NCBI RefSeq assembly: GCF_009914755.1
Contig: NC_060947.1
Reading direction: 5' to 3' (one strand)
Origin: the human T2T-CHM13v2.0 reference genome, Homo sapiens
Length of the DNA stretch: 64,000 nucleotides
The position numbers were made by a program, and so were the translations under genes. Of the stretch, positions 24,901 through 37,200 are shown in pieces; position 1 is the first letter of the stretch, and each line of letters opens with the position of its first letter. Below the pieces are notes generated by a model, which worked only from the letters and a program-made list of their open reading frames with translations, was not told the origin of the DNA and searched no databases.

Positions 24901-27900
24901 CACAAAGAATTTTCTGAGTTTGCTTCCGTTCAGTTATGGGAAGTTGATCCCGTTTCCAACGAAATCCTCGGAGAGGGCCAAATATCCCCTTGCAGATTCT
25001 ACAAAACGTGTGTTTGGAAACTGCTCCATCATAACGAATGTTCAGCTCTCTGAGTTAAACTCCATCGTCACAAAGAATTTTCTGAGAGTGCTACCGTCTA
25101 GTTTTTATATGAAGTTGTTTCCTTTACTACCACAGGCCTCAAAGCGGTCCAAATCTCCACTTGCAGATTCTACAAAAAGAGTGTTTGCAAACTGCTCTAT
25201 CAAAAGGAATGTTCAACTCTGGGAGTTGAATGCAATCATCACAGAGCAGTTTCTGAGAATGCTTCTATGTCGTTTTTAGGAGAAGATATTTCCTTTTCCA
25301 ACACAGTCCTCCAAGCCCGCTAAATATCCACTTGCACATTGTAGAAAAAGTGTGTCAAAGCTGCGCTATCAAAGGGAAAGTTCAACTCTGTGAGGTGAAT
25401 GCAAACATCCCAAAGAAGTTTCTGAGAATGCTTCCACTTAGCTTTTAGGTGAAGATTATCCCGTTTCCAAGGAAATCTTCAAAGAGGTCCAAATATCCCC
25501 TTGCGGATCCCACAGAAAGAGTGTTTCGAAACTGCTGTTTCAAAAGGAATCTTCAACTCTGTGAGTTGAATGCAATCATCACAAAGAAGTTTCTGACAAT
25601 GCTTCTCTCTCGTCTTTCTGTGAAGATAAAGGAAAAGGCTTTCAGGCCTTTTCCACCACAGGCCTGAAAGCGCTCCAAATGTCCACTTGCAGATTCTGCG
25701 AAAAGAATATTTCAGAACTGCTCTATGAAAAGCAATGTTAAACTCTGTGGCTGGAACACAAACATCACAAAGCAGTTTCTGAGAATGCTTCAGTTTAGTT
25801 TTTCTGTGGAAATATTCCCGTTTCCAAAGAAATCTTCAAAGAGGTCCACGTATCCACTTACAGATTCTACAAAAAGACAGTTTCAAAACTGCTCAATCAA
25901 AAGGAGGGTTCAACTGTGTGACTTGAATGCAATCATCACTCAGAAGATTCTGAGAATGCTTCTCTTTAGTTTTTACGTGAACATATACCCGTTTCGAAAG
26001 AAGGCCACCCAGTGGTCGAAATATCCACTTGCAGATTCTACAGAAAGGGTGTTTCGAACCTGAACTCTCAAAGGCAGGTTCATCTCTGCGAGTTAAATGC
26101 ATTCATCATGAAGAACTTTCTCAGAGTGTTTGTGTTTAGTTATGGGAAATTATTCCCGTTTCCAACGAAATCCTCGGAGAGCTCCAAATATCCACCTGCA
26201 GATTCTACCAAAAGTGTATGTGGAAACTGCTCCATCAAAAGGCATGTTCAGCTCTGTGAGTGAAACTCCATCATCACAAAGAATATTCTGAGAATGCTTC
26301 CGTTTGCCTTTTATATGAAGTTCCTTCCTATACTACCGTAGGCCTCAAAGCAGTCCAAATCTCCATTTGCAGATTCTACAAAAAGAGTGATTCCAATCTG
26401 CTCTATCAATAGGATTGTTCAACTCCATGAGTTGAATGCCATCCTCACAAAGTCGTTTCTGAGAATGCTTCTATCTAGTTTTTATGTGAAGATATTTCCT
26501 TTTCCACCACAGGCCTCAAAGCCCTCCAAACGTCCACTTGCAGATTCTCGAAAAAGAGTGTTTCATAGCTGCTCTTTCAAAAGGAAAGTTCAACTCTGGG
26601 AGTTGAATACAAACATCACAAAGTAGTTTCCGAGAATGCTTCTGTTTAGTTCTTATGTGAAGATGATCCCGTTTCCAGTGAAATCTTCAAAGAGGTCCAC
26701 ATATCCCCTTGCAGATTCCAAAGAAAGAGGGTTTCAAAACTGCTCCATCAAAAGGATTGTTCAACGCTGTGAATTGAATGCAGTCATCGCAGAAAACTTT
26801 CTGAGAATACTTCTGTCTAGGTTTGATGTGAAGATATAGACGTTTCAAACGAAGGCTACAAAGTGGTCAAAATATACACTTGCAGATTCTACTACAAGGG
26901 TGTTGCAAACCTGAACTATCAAAGGAAGGTTCAACTCTGTGAGTTGAATACAAACATCACAAGGAATGTTCTGAGTTTGCTTCCGTTCAGTTATGGGAAG
27001 TTGATCTCGTTTCCAACGAAATCCTCAGAGAAGTCCAAATATCCCCTTGCAGATTCTACAAAACGTGTGTTTGGAGACTGCTCCATCATAACGAATGTTC
27101 AGCTCTCTGAGTTAAACTCCATCGTCACAAAGAATTTTCTGAGAGTGCTACCGTCTAGTTTTTATATGAAGTTCTTTCCTTTACTACCACAGGCCACAAA
27201 GCGGTCCAAATCTCCACTTGCAGATTCTACAAAAAGAGTGTTTGCAAACTGCTCTATCAAAAGGAATGTTCAACTCTGGGAGATGAATGCAATCATCACA
27301 GAGCAGTTTCTGAGAATGCTTCTATGTCGTTTTTTTAGGAGAAGATATTTCCTTTTCCAACACAGTCCTCCAAGCCCGCTAAATATCCACTTGCACATTG
27401 TAGAAAAAGTGTGTCAAAGCTGCGCTATCAAAGGGAAAGTTCAACTCTGTGAGGTGAATGCAAACATCCCAAAGAAGTTTCTGAGAATGCTTCCGCTTAG
27501 CTTTTAGGTGAAGATTATCCCGTTTCCAACGAAATCTTCAAAGAGGTCCAAATATCCCCTTGCGGATCCCACAGAAAGAGTGTTTCGAAACTGCTGTTTC
27601 AAAAGGAATCTTCAACTCTGTGAGTTGAATGCAATCATCACAAAGAAGTTTCTGACAATGCTTCTCTCTCGTCTTTCTGTGAAGATAAAGGAAAAGGCTT
27701 TCAGGCCTTTTCCACCACAGGTCTGAAAGCGCTCCAAATGTCCACTTGCAGATTCTGCCAAAAGAATATTTCAAAACTGCTCTATGAAAAGCAATGTTAA
27801 ACTCTGTGGCTGGAACACAAACATCACAAAGCAGTTTCTGAGAATGCTTCAGTTTAGTTTTTCTGTGGAAATATTCCCGTTTCCAAAGAAATCTTCAAAG

Positions 27901-30900
27901 AGGTCCACGTATCCACTTACAGATTCTACAAAAAGACAGTTTCAAAACTGCTCAATCAAAAGGAGGGTTCAACTGTGTGACTTGAATGCAATCATCACTC
28001 AGAAGATTCTGAGAATGCTTCTCTTTAGTTTTTACGTGAACATATACCCGTTTCGAACGAAGGCCACCCAGTGGTCCAAATATCCACTTGCAGATTCTAC
28101 AGAAAGAGTGTTTCGAACCTGAACTCTCAAAGGCAGGTTCATCTCTGCGAGTTAAATGCATTCATCATGAAGAACTTTCTCAGAGTGTTTGTGTTTAGTT
28201 ATGGGAAATTATTCCCGTTTCCAACGAAATCCTCAGAGAGCTTCAAATATCCACCTGCAGATTCTACCAAAAGTGTATTTGGAAACTGCTCCATCAAAAG
28301 GCATGTTCAGCTCTGTGAGTGAAACTCCATCATCACAAAGAATATTTTGAGAATGCTTCCGTTTGCCTTTTATATGAATTTCCTTCCTATACTACCGTAG
28401 GCCTCAAAGCAGTCCAAATCTCCATTTGCAGATTCTACAAAAAGAGTGATTCCAATCTGCTCTATCAATAGGATTGTTCAACTCCATGAGTTGAATGCCG
28501 TCCTCACAAAGTCGTTTCTGAGAATGCTTCTATCTAGTTTTTATGTGAAGATATTTCCTTTTCCACCACAGGCCTCAAAGCCCTCCAAACGTCCACTTGC
28601 AGATTCTCGAAAAAGAGTGTTTCATAGCTGCTCTTTCAAAAGGAAAGTTCAACTCTGGGAGTTGAATACAAACATCACAAAGTAGTTTCCGAGAATGCTT
28701 CTGTTTATTTCTTATGTGAAGATGATCCCGTTTCCAGTGAAATCTTCAAAGAGGTCCACATATCCCCTTGCAGATTCCAAAGAAAGAGGGTTTCAAAACT
28801 GCTCCATCAAAAGGATTGTTCAACTCTGTGAGTTGAATGCAGTCATCGCAGAAAACTTTCTGAGAATGCTTCTGTCTAGGTTTGATGTGAAGATATAGAC
28901 GTTTCAAACGAAGGCTACAAAGTGGTCAAAATATACACTTGCAGATTCTACTACAAGGGTGTTGCAAACCTGAACTATCAAAGGAAGGTTCAACTCTGTG
29001 AGTTGAATACAAACATCACAAACAATGTCCTGAGTTTGCTTCCGTTCAGTTATGGGAAGTTGATCCCGTTTCCAACGAAATCCTCAGAGTGGTCCAAATA
29101 TCCCCTTGCAGATTCTACAAAACGTGTATTTGGAAACTGCTCCATCATAACGAATGTTCAGCACTCTGAGTTAAACTCCATCGTCACAAAGTATTTTCTG
29201 AGAGTGCTACCATCTAGTTTTTATATGAAGTTGTTTCCTTTACTACCACAGGCCTCAAAGCGGTCCAAATCTCCACTTGCAGATTCTACAAAAAGAGTGT
29301 TTGCAAACTGCTCTATCAAAAGGAATGTTCAACTCTGGGAGTTGAATGCAATCATCACAGAGCAGTTTCTGAGAATGCTTCTATGTCGTTTTTAGGAGAA
29401 GATATTTCCTTTTCCAACACAGTCCTCCAAGCCCTCTAAATATCCACTTGCACATTGTAGAAAAAGTGTGTCGAAGCTGTGCTATCAAAGGGAAAGTTCA
29501 ACTCTGTGAGGTGAATGCAAACATCCCAAAGAAGTTTCTGAGAATGCTTCCGTTTAGCTTTTAGGTGAAGATTATCCCGTTTCCAACGAAATCTTCAAAG
29601 AGGTCCAAATATCCCCTTGCGGATCCCACAGAAAGAGTGTTTCGAAACTGCTGTTTCAAAAGGAATCTTCAACTCTGTGAGTTGAATGCAATCATCACAA
29701 AGAAGTTTCCGACAATGCTTCTCTCTCGTCTTTCTGTGAAGATAAAGGAAAAGGCTTTCAGGCCTTTTCCACCACAGGCCTGAAAGCGCTCCAAATGTCC
29801 ACTTGCAGATACTGCCAAAAGAATATTTCAAAACTGCTCTATGAAAAGCAATGTTAAACTCTGCGGCTCGAACACAAACATCACAAAGCAGTTTCTGAGA
29901 ATGCTTCAGTTTAGTTTTTCTGTGGAAATATTCCCGTTTCCAAAGAAATCTTCAAAGAGGTCCACGTATCCACTTACAGATTCTACAAAAAGACAGTTTC
30001 AAAACTGCTCAATCAAAAGGAGGGTTCAACTGTGTGACTTGAATGCAATCATCACTCAGAAGTTTCTGAGAATGCTTCTCTTTAGTTTTTACGTGAACAT
30101 ATACCCGTTTCGAACGAAGGCCCCACAGTGGTCCAAATATCCACTTGCAGATTCTACAGAAAGGGTGTTTCGAACCTGAACTCTCAAAGGCAGGTTCATC
30201 TCTGCGAGTTAAATGCATTCATCATGAAGAACTTTCTCAGCGTGTTTGTGTTTAGTTATGGGAAATTATTCCCGTTTCCAACGAAATCCTCAGAGAGCTC
30301 CAAATATCCACCTGCAGATTCTACCAAAAGTGTATTTGGAAACTGCTCCATCAAAAGGCATGTTCAGCTCTGTGAGTGAAACTCCATCATCACAAAGAAT
30401 ATTCTGAGAATGCTTCCGTTTGCCTTTTATATGAAGTTCCTTCCTGTACTACCGTAGGCCTCAAAGCAGTCCAAATCTCCATTTGCAGATTCTACAAAAA
30501 GAGTGATTCCAATCTGCTCTATCAATAGGATTGTTCAACTCCATGAGTTGAATGCCGTCCTCACAAAGTCGTTTCTGAGAATGCTTCTATCTAGTTTTTA
30601 TGTGAAGATATTTCCTTTTCCACCACAGGCCTCAAAGCCCTCCAAACATCCACTTGCAGATTCTCGAAAAAGAGTGTTTCATAGCTGCTCTTTCAAAAGG
30701 AAAGTTCAACTCTGGGAGTTGAATACAAACATCACAAAGTAGTTTCCGAGAATGCTTCTGTTTAGTTCTTATGTGAAGATGATCCCGTTTCCAGTGAAAT
30801 CTTCAACGAGGTCCTCATATCCCCTTGCAGATTCCAAAGAAAGAGGGTTTCAAAACTGCTCCATCAAAAGGATTGTTTAACTCTGTGAGTTGAATGCAGT

Positions 30901-33900
30901 CATCGCAGAAAACTTTCTGAGAATGCTTCTGTCTAGGTTTGATGTGAAGATATAGACGTTTCAAACGAAGGCTACAAAGTGGTCAAAATATACACTTGCA
31001 GATTCTACTAAAAGGGTGTTGCAAACCTGAACTATCAAAGGAAGGTTCAACTCTGTGAGTTGAATACAAACATCACAAAGAATGCTCTGAGTTTGCTTCT
31101 GTTCAGTTATGGGAAGTTGATCCCGTTTCCAACGAAATCCTCAGAGAGGTCCAAATATCCCCTTGCAGATTCTACAAAACGTGTGTTTGGAAACTGCTCC
31201 ATCATAACGAATGTTCAGCTCTCTGAGTTAAACTCCATCGTCACAAAGAATTTTCTGAGAGTGCTACCGTCTAGTTTTTATATGAAGTTCTTTCCTTTAC
31301 TACCACAGGCCTCAAAGCGGTCCAAATCTCCACTTGCAGATTCTACAAAAAGAGCGTTTGAAAACTGCTCTATCAAAAGGAATGTTGAACTCTGGGAGTT
31401 GAATGCAATCATCACAGAGCAGTTTCTGAGAATGCTTCTATGTCGTTTTTAGGAGAAGATATTTCCTTTTCCAACACAGTCCTCCAAGCCCGCTAAATAT
31501 CCACTTGCACATTGTAGAAAATGTGTGTCGAAGCTGCGCTATGAAAGGGAAAGTTCAACTCTGTGAGGTGAATGCAAACATCCCAAAGAAGTTTCTGAGA
31601 ATGCTTCCGTTTAGCTTTTAGGTGAAGATTATCCCGTTTCCAACGAAATCTTCAAAGAGGTCCAAATATCCCCTTGCGGATCCCCCAGAAAGAGTGTTTC
31701 GAAACTGCTGTTTCAAAAGGAATCTTCAACTCTGTGAGTTGAATGCAATCATCACAAAGAAGTTTCCGACAATGCTTCTCTCTCGTCTTTCTGTGAAGAT
31801 AAAGGAAAAGGCTTTCAGGCCTTTTCCACCACAGGCCTGAAAGCGCTCCAAATGTCCACTTGCAGATTCTGCCAAAAGAATATTTCAAAACTGCTCTATG
31901 AAAAGCAATGTTAAACTCTGCGGCTCGAACACAAACATCACAAAGCAGTTTCTGAGAATGCTTCAGTTTAGTTTTTCTGTGGAAATATTCCCGTTTCCAA
32001 AGAAATCTTCAAAGAGGTCCACGTATGCACTTACAGATTCTACAAAAAGACAGTTTCAAAACTGCTCAATCAAAAGGAGGGTTCAACTGTGTGACTTGAA
32101 TGCAATCATCACTCAGAAGTTTCTGAGAATGCTTCTCTTTAGTTTTTACGTGAACATATACCCGTTTCGAACGAAGGCCACCCAGTGGTCCAAATATCCA
32201 CTTGCAGATTCTACAGAAAGGGTGTTTCGAACCTGAACTCTCAAAGGCAGGTTCATCTCTGCGAGATAAATGCATTCATCATGAAGAACTTTCTCAGCGT
32301 GTTTGTGTTTAGTTATGGGAAATTATTACCGTTTCCAACGAAATCCTCAGAGAGGTCCAAATATCAACCTGCAGATTCTACCAAAAGTGTATTTGGAAAC
32401 TGCTCCATCAAAAGGCATGTTCAGCTCTGTGAGTGAAACTCCATCATCACAAAGAATATTCTGAGAATGCTTCCGTTTGCCTTTTATATGAAGTTCCTTC
32501 CTGTACTACCGTAGGCCTCAAAGCAGTCCAAATCTCCATTTGCCGATTCTACAAAAAGAGTGATTCCAATCTGCTCTATCAATAGGATTGTTCAACTCCA
32601 TGAGTTGAATGCCGTCCTCACAAAGTCGTTTCTGAGAATGCTTCTATCTAGTTTTTATGTGAAGATATTTCCTTTTCCATCACAGGCCTCAAAGACCTCC
32701 AAACGTCCACTTGCACATTCTCGAAAAAGGGTGTTTCATAGCAGCTCTTTCAAAAGGAAAGTTCAACTCTGGGAGTTGAATACAAACATCACAAAGTAGT
32801 TTCCGAGAATGCTTCTGTTTAGTTCTTATGTGAAGATGATCCCGTTTCCAGTGAAATCTTCAACGAGGTCCACATATCCCCTTGCAGATTCTAAAGAAAG
32901 AGGGTTTCAAAACTGCTCCATCAAAAGGATTGTTCAACTCTGTGAGTTGAATGCAGTCATCACAGAAAACTTTCTGAGAATGCTTCTGTCTAGGTTTGAT
33001 GTGAAGATATAGACGTTTCAAACGAAGGCTACAAAGTGGTCAAAATATACACTTGCAGATTCTACTACAAGGGTGTTGGAAACCTGAACTATCAAAGGAA
33101 GGTTCAACTCTGTGAGTTGAATACAAACATCACAAACAATGCTCTGAGTTTGCTTCTGTTCAGTTATGGGAAGTTGATCCCGTTTCCAACGAAATCCTCA
33201 GAGAGGTCCAAATATCCCCTTGCAGATTCTACAAAACGTGTGTTTGGAAACTGCTCCATCATAACGAATGTTCACATCTCTGAGTTAAACTCCATCGTCA
33301 CAAAGAATTTTCTGAGAGTGCTACCATCTAGTTTTTATATGAAGTTATTTCCTTTACTACCACAGGCCTCAAAGCGGTCCAAATCTCCACTTGCAGATTC
33401 TATAAAAAGAGTGTTTGCAAACTGCTCTATCAAAAGGAATGTTCAACTCTGGGAGTTGAATGCAATCATCACAGAGCAGTTTCTGAGAATGCTTCTAGGT
33501 CGTTTTTAGGAGAAGATATTTCCTTTTCCAACACAGTCCTCCAAGCCCGCTAAATATCCACTTGCACATTGTAGAAAAAGTGTGTCGAAGCTGCGCTATC
33601 AAAGGGAAAGTTCAACTCTGTGAGGTGAATGCAAACATCCCAAAGAAGTTTCTGAGAATGCTTCCGTTTAGCTTTTAGGTGAAGATTATCCCGTTTCCAA
33701 CGAAATCTTCAAAGAGGTCCAAATATCCCCTTGCGGATCCCACAGAAAGAGTGTTTCGAAACTGCTGTTTCAAAAGGAATCTTCAACTCTGTGAGTTGAA
33801 TGCAATCATCACAAAGAAGTTTCCGACAATGCTTCTCTCTCGTCCTTCTGTGAAGATAAAGGAAAAGGCTTTCAGGCCTTTTCCACCACAGGCCTGAAAG

Positions 33901-34249
33901 CGCTCCAAATGTCCACTTGCAGATTCTGCGAAAAGAATATTTCAAAACTGCTCTATGAAAAGCAATGTTAAACTCTGCGGCTCGAACACAAACATCACAA
34001 AGCGGTTTCTGAGAATGCTTCAGTTTAGTTTTTCTGTGGAAATATTCCCGTTTCCAAAGAAATCTTCAAAGAGGTCCACGTATCCACTTACAGATTCTAC
34101 AAAAAGACAGTTTCAAAACTGCTCAATCAAAAGGAGGGTTCAACTGTGTGACTTGAATGCAATCATCACTCAGAAGTTTCTGAGAATGCTTCTCTTTAGT
34201 TTTTACGTGAACATATACCCGTTTCGAACGAAGGCCACCCACTGGTCCA

Positions 34250-37200
34250 AATATCCACTTGCAGATTCTACAGAAAGAGTGTTTCGAACCTGAACTCTCA
34301 AAGGCAGGTTCATCTCTGCGAGTTAAATGCATTCATCATGAAGAACATTCTCAGCGTGTTTGTGTTTAGTTATGGGAAATTATTCCCGTATCCAACGAAA
34401 TCCTCAGAGAGCTCCAAATATCCACCTGCAGATTCTACCAAAAGTGTATTTGGAAACTGCTCCATCAAAAGGCATGTTCAGCTCTGTGAGTGAAACTCCA
34501 TCATCACAAAGAATATTCTGAGAATGCTTCCGTTTGCCTTTTATATGAAGTTCCTTCCTGTACTACCGTAGGCCTCAAAACAGTCCAAATCTCCATTTGC
34601 CGATTCTACAAAAAGCGTGATTCCAATGTGCTCTATCATTAGGATTGTTCAACTCCATGAGTTGAATGCCGTCCTCACAAAGTCGTTTCTGAGAATGCTT
34701 CTATCTAGTTTTTTTGTGAAGATATTTCCTTTTCCACCACAGGCCTCAAAGCCCTCCAAACGTCCACTTGCAGATTCTCGAAAAAGATTGTTTCATAGCT
34801 GCTCTTTCAAAAGGAAAGTTCAACTCTGGGAGTTGAATACAAACATCACAAAGTCGTTTCTGAGAATGCTTCTGTTTAGTTCTTATGTGAAGATGATCCC
34901 GTTTCCAGTGAAATCTTCAACGAGGTCCACATATCCCCTTGCAGATTCCAAAGAAAGAGGGTTTCAAAACTGCTCCATCAAAATGATTGTTCAACTCTGT
35001 GAGTTGAATGCAGTCATCGCAGAAAACTTTCTGAGAATGCTTCTGTCTAGGTTTGATGTGAAGATATAGACGTTTCAAACGAAGGCTACAAAGTGGTCAA
35101 AATATACACTTGCAGATTCTACTACAAGGGTGTTGCAAACCTGAACTATCAAAGGAAGGTTCAACTCTGTGAGTTGAATACAAACATCACAAAGAATGCT
35201 CTGAGTTTGCTTCCGTTCAGTTATGGGAAGTTGATCCCTTTTCCAACGAAATCCTCAGAGAGGTCCAAATATCCCCTTGCAGATTCTACAAAACGTGTGT
35301 TTGGAAACTTCTCCATCATAACGAATGTTCAGCTCTCTGAGTTAAACTGCATCGTCACAAAGAATTTTCTGAGACTGCTACCATCTAGTTTTTATATGAA
35401 GTTCTTTCCTTTACGACCACAGGCCTCAAAGCGGTCTAAATCTCCACTTGCAGATTCTACAAAAAGAGCGTTTGAAAACTGCTCTATCAAAAGGAATGTT
35501 CAAATCTGGGAGTTGAATGCAATCATCACAGAGCAGTTTCTGAGAATGCTTCTATGTCGTTTTTAGGAGAAGATATTTCCTTTTCCAACACAGTCCTCCA
35601 AGCCCGCTAAATATCCACTTGCACATTGTAGAAAAAGTGTGTCGAAGCTGCGCTATCAAAGGGAAAGTTCAACTCTGTGAGGTGAATGCAAACATCCCAA
35701 AGAAGTTTCTGAGAATGCTTCCGTTTAGCTTTTAGGTGAAGATTATCCCGTTTCCAACAAAATCTTCAAAGAGGTCCAAATATCCCCTTGCGGATGCCAC
35801 AGAAAGAGTGTTTCGAAACTGCTGTTTCAAAAGGAATCTTCAACTCTGTGAGTTGAATGCAATCATCACAAAGAAGTTTCCGACAATGCTTCTCTCTCGT
35901 CCTTCTGTGAAGATAAAGGAAAAGGCTTTCAGGCCTTTTCCACCACAGGCCTGAAAGCTCTCCAAATGTCCACTTGCAGATTCTGCCAAAAGAATATTTC
36001 AAAACTGCTCTATGAAAAGCAATGTTAAACTCTGCGGCTCGAACACAAACATCACAAAGCAGTTTCTGAGAATGCTTCAGTTTAGTTTTTCTGTGGAAAT
36101 ATTCCCGTTTCCAAAGAAATCTTCAAAGAGGTCCACGTATCCACTTACAGATTCTACAAAAAGACAGTTTCAAAACTGCTCCATCAAAAGGAAGGTTCAA
36201 CTGTGTGACTTGAATGCAATCATCACTCAGAAGTTTCTGAGAATGCTTCTCTTTAGTTTTTACGTGAAAATATACCCGTTTCGAACGAAGGCCACCCAGT
36301 GGTCCAAATATCCACTTGCAGATTCTACAGAAAGGGTGTTTCGAACCTGAACTCTCAAAGGCAGGTTCATCTCTGCGAGTTAAATGCATTCATCATGAAG
36401 AACTTTCTCAGCGTGTTTGTGTTTAGTTATGGGAAATTATTCCCGTTTCCAACGAAATCCTCAGAGAGCTCCAAATATCCACCTGCAGATTCTACCAAAA
36501 GTGTATTTGGAAACTGCTCCATCAAAAGGCATGTTCAGCTCTGTGAGTGAAACTCCATCATCACAAAGAATATTCTGAGAATGCTTCCGTTTGCCTTTTA
36601 TATGAAGTTCCTTCCTGTACTACCGTAGGCCTCAAAGCAGTCCAAATCTCCATTTGCAGATTCTACAAAAAGAGTGATTCCAATCTGCTCTATCAATAGG
36701 ATTGTTCAACTCCATGAGTTGAATGCCGTCCTCACAAAGTCGTTTCTGAGAATGCTTCTATCTAGTTTTTATGTGAAGATATTTCCTTTTCCACCACAGG
36801 CCTCAAAGCCCTCCAAACGTCCACTTGCAGATTCTCGAAAAAGAGTGTTTCATAGCTGCTCTTTCAAAAGGAAAGTTCAACTCTGGGAGTTGAATACAAA
36901 CATCACAAAGTAGTTTCCGAGAATGCTTCTGTTTAGTTCTTATGTGAAGATGATCCCGTTTCCAGTGAAATCTTCAACGAGGTCCTCATATCCCCTTGCA
37001 GATTCCAAAGAAAGAGCGTTTCAAAACTGCTCCATCAAAAGGATTGTTTAACTCTGTGAGTTGAATGCAGTCATCACAGAAAACTTTCTGAGAATGCTTC
37101 TGTCTAGGTTTGATGTGAAGATATAGACGTTTCAAACGAAGGCTACAAAGTGGTCAAAATATACACTTGCAGATTCTACTACAAGGGTGTTGCAAACCTG

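Noticed and set aside
26863-27507. Longest ORF (214 aa), and the 150-aa ORFs at 34617, 38731 and 42845
   Set aside because: These arise from a +2 T slippage and from a TAG>TCG substitution respectively, so they are chance read-throughs.
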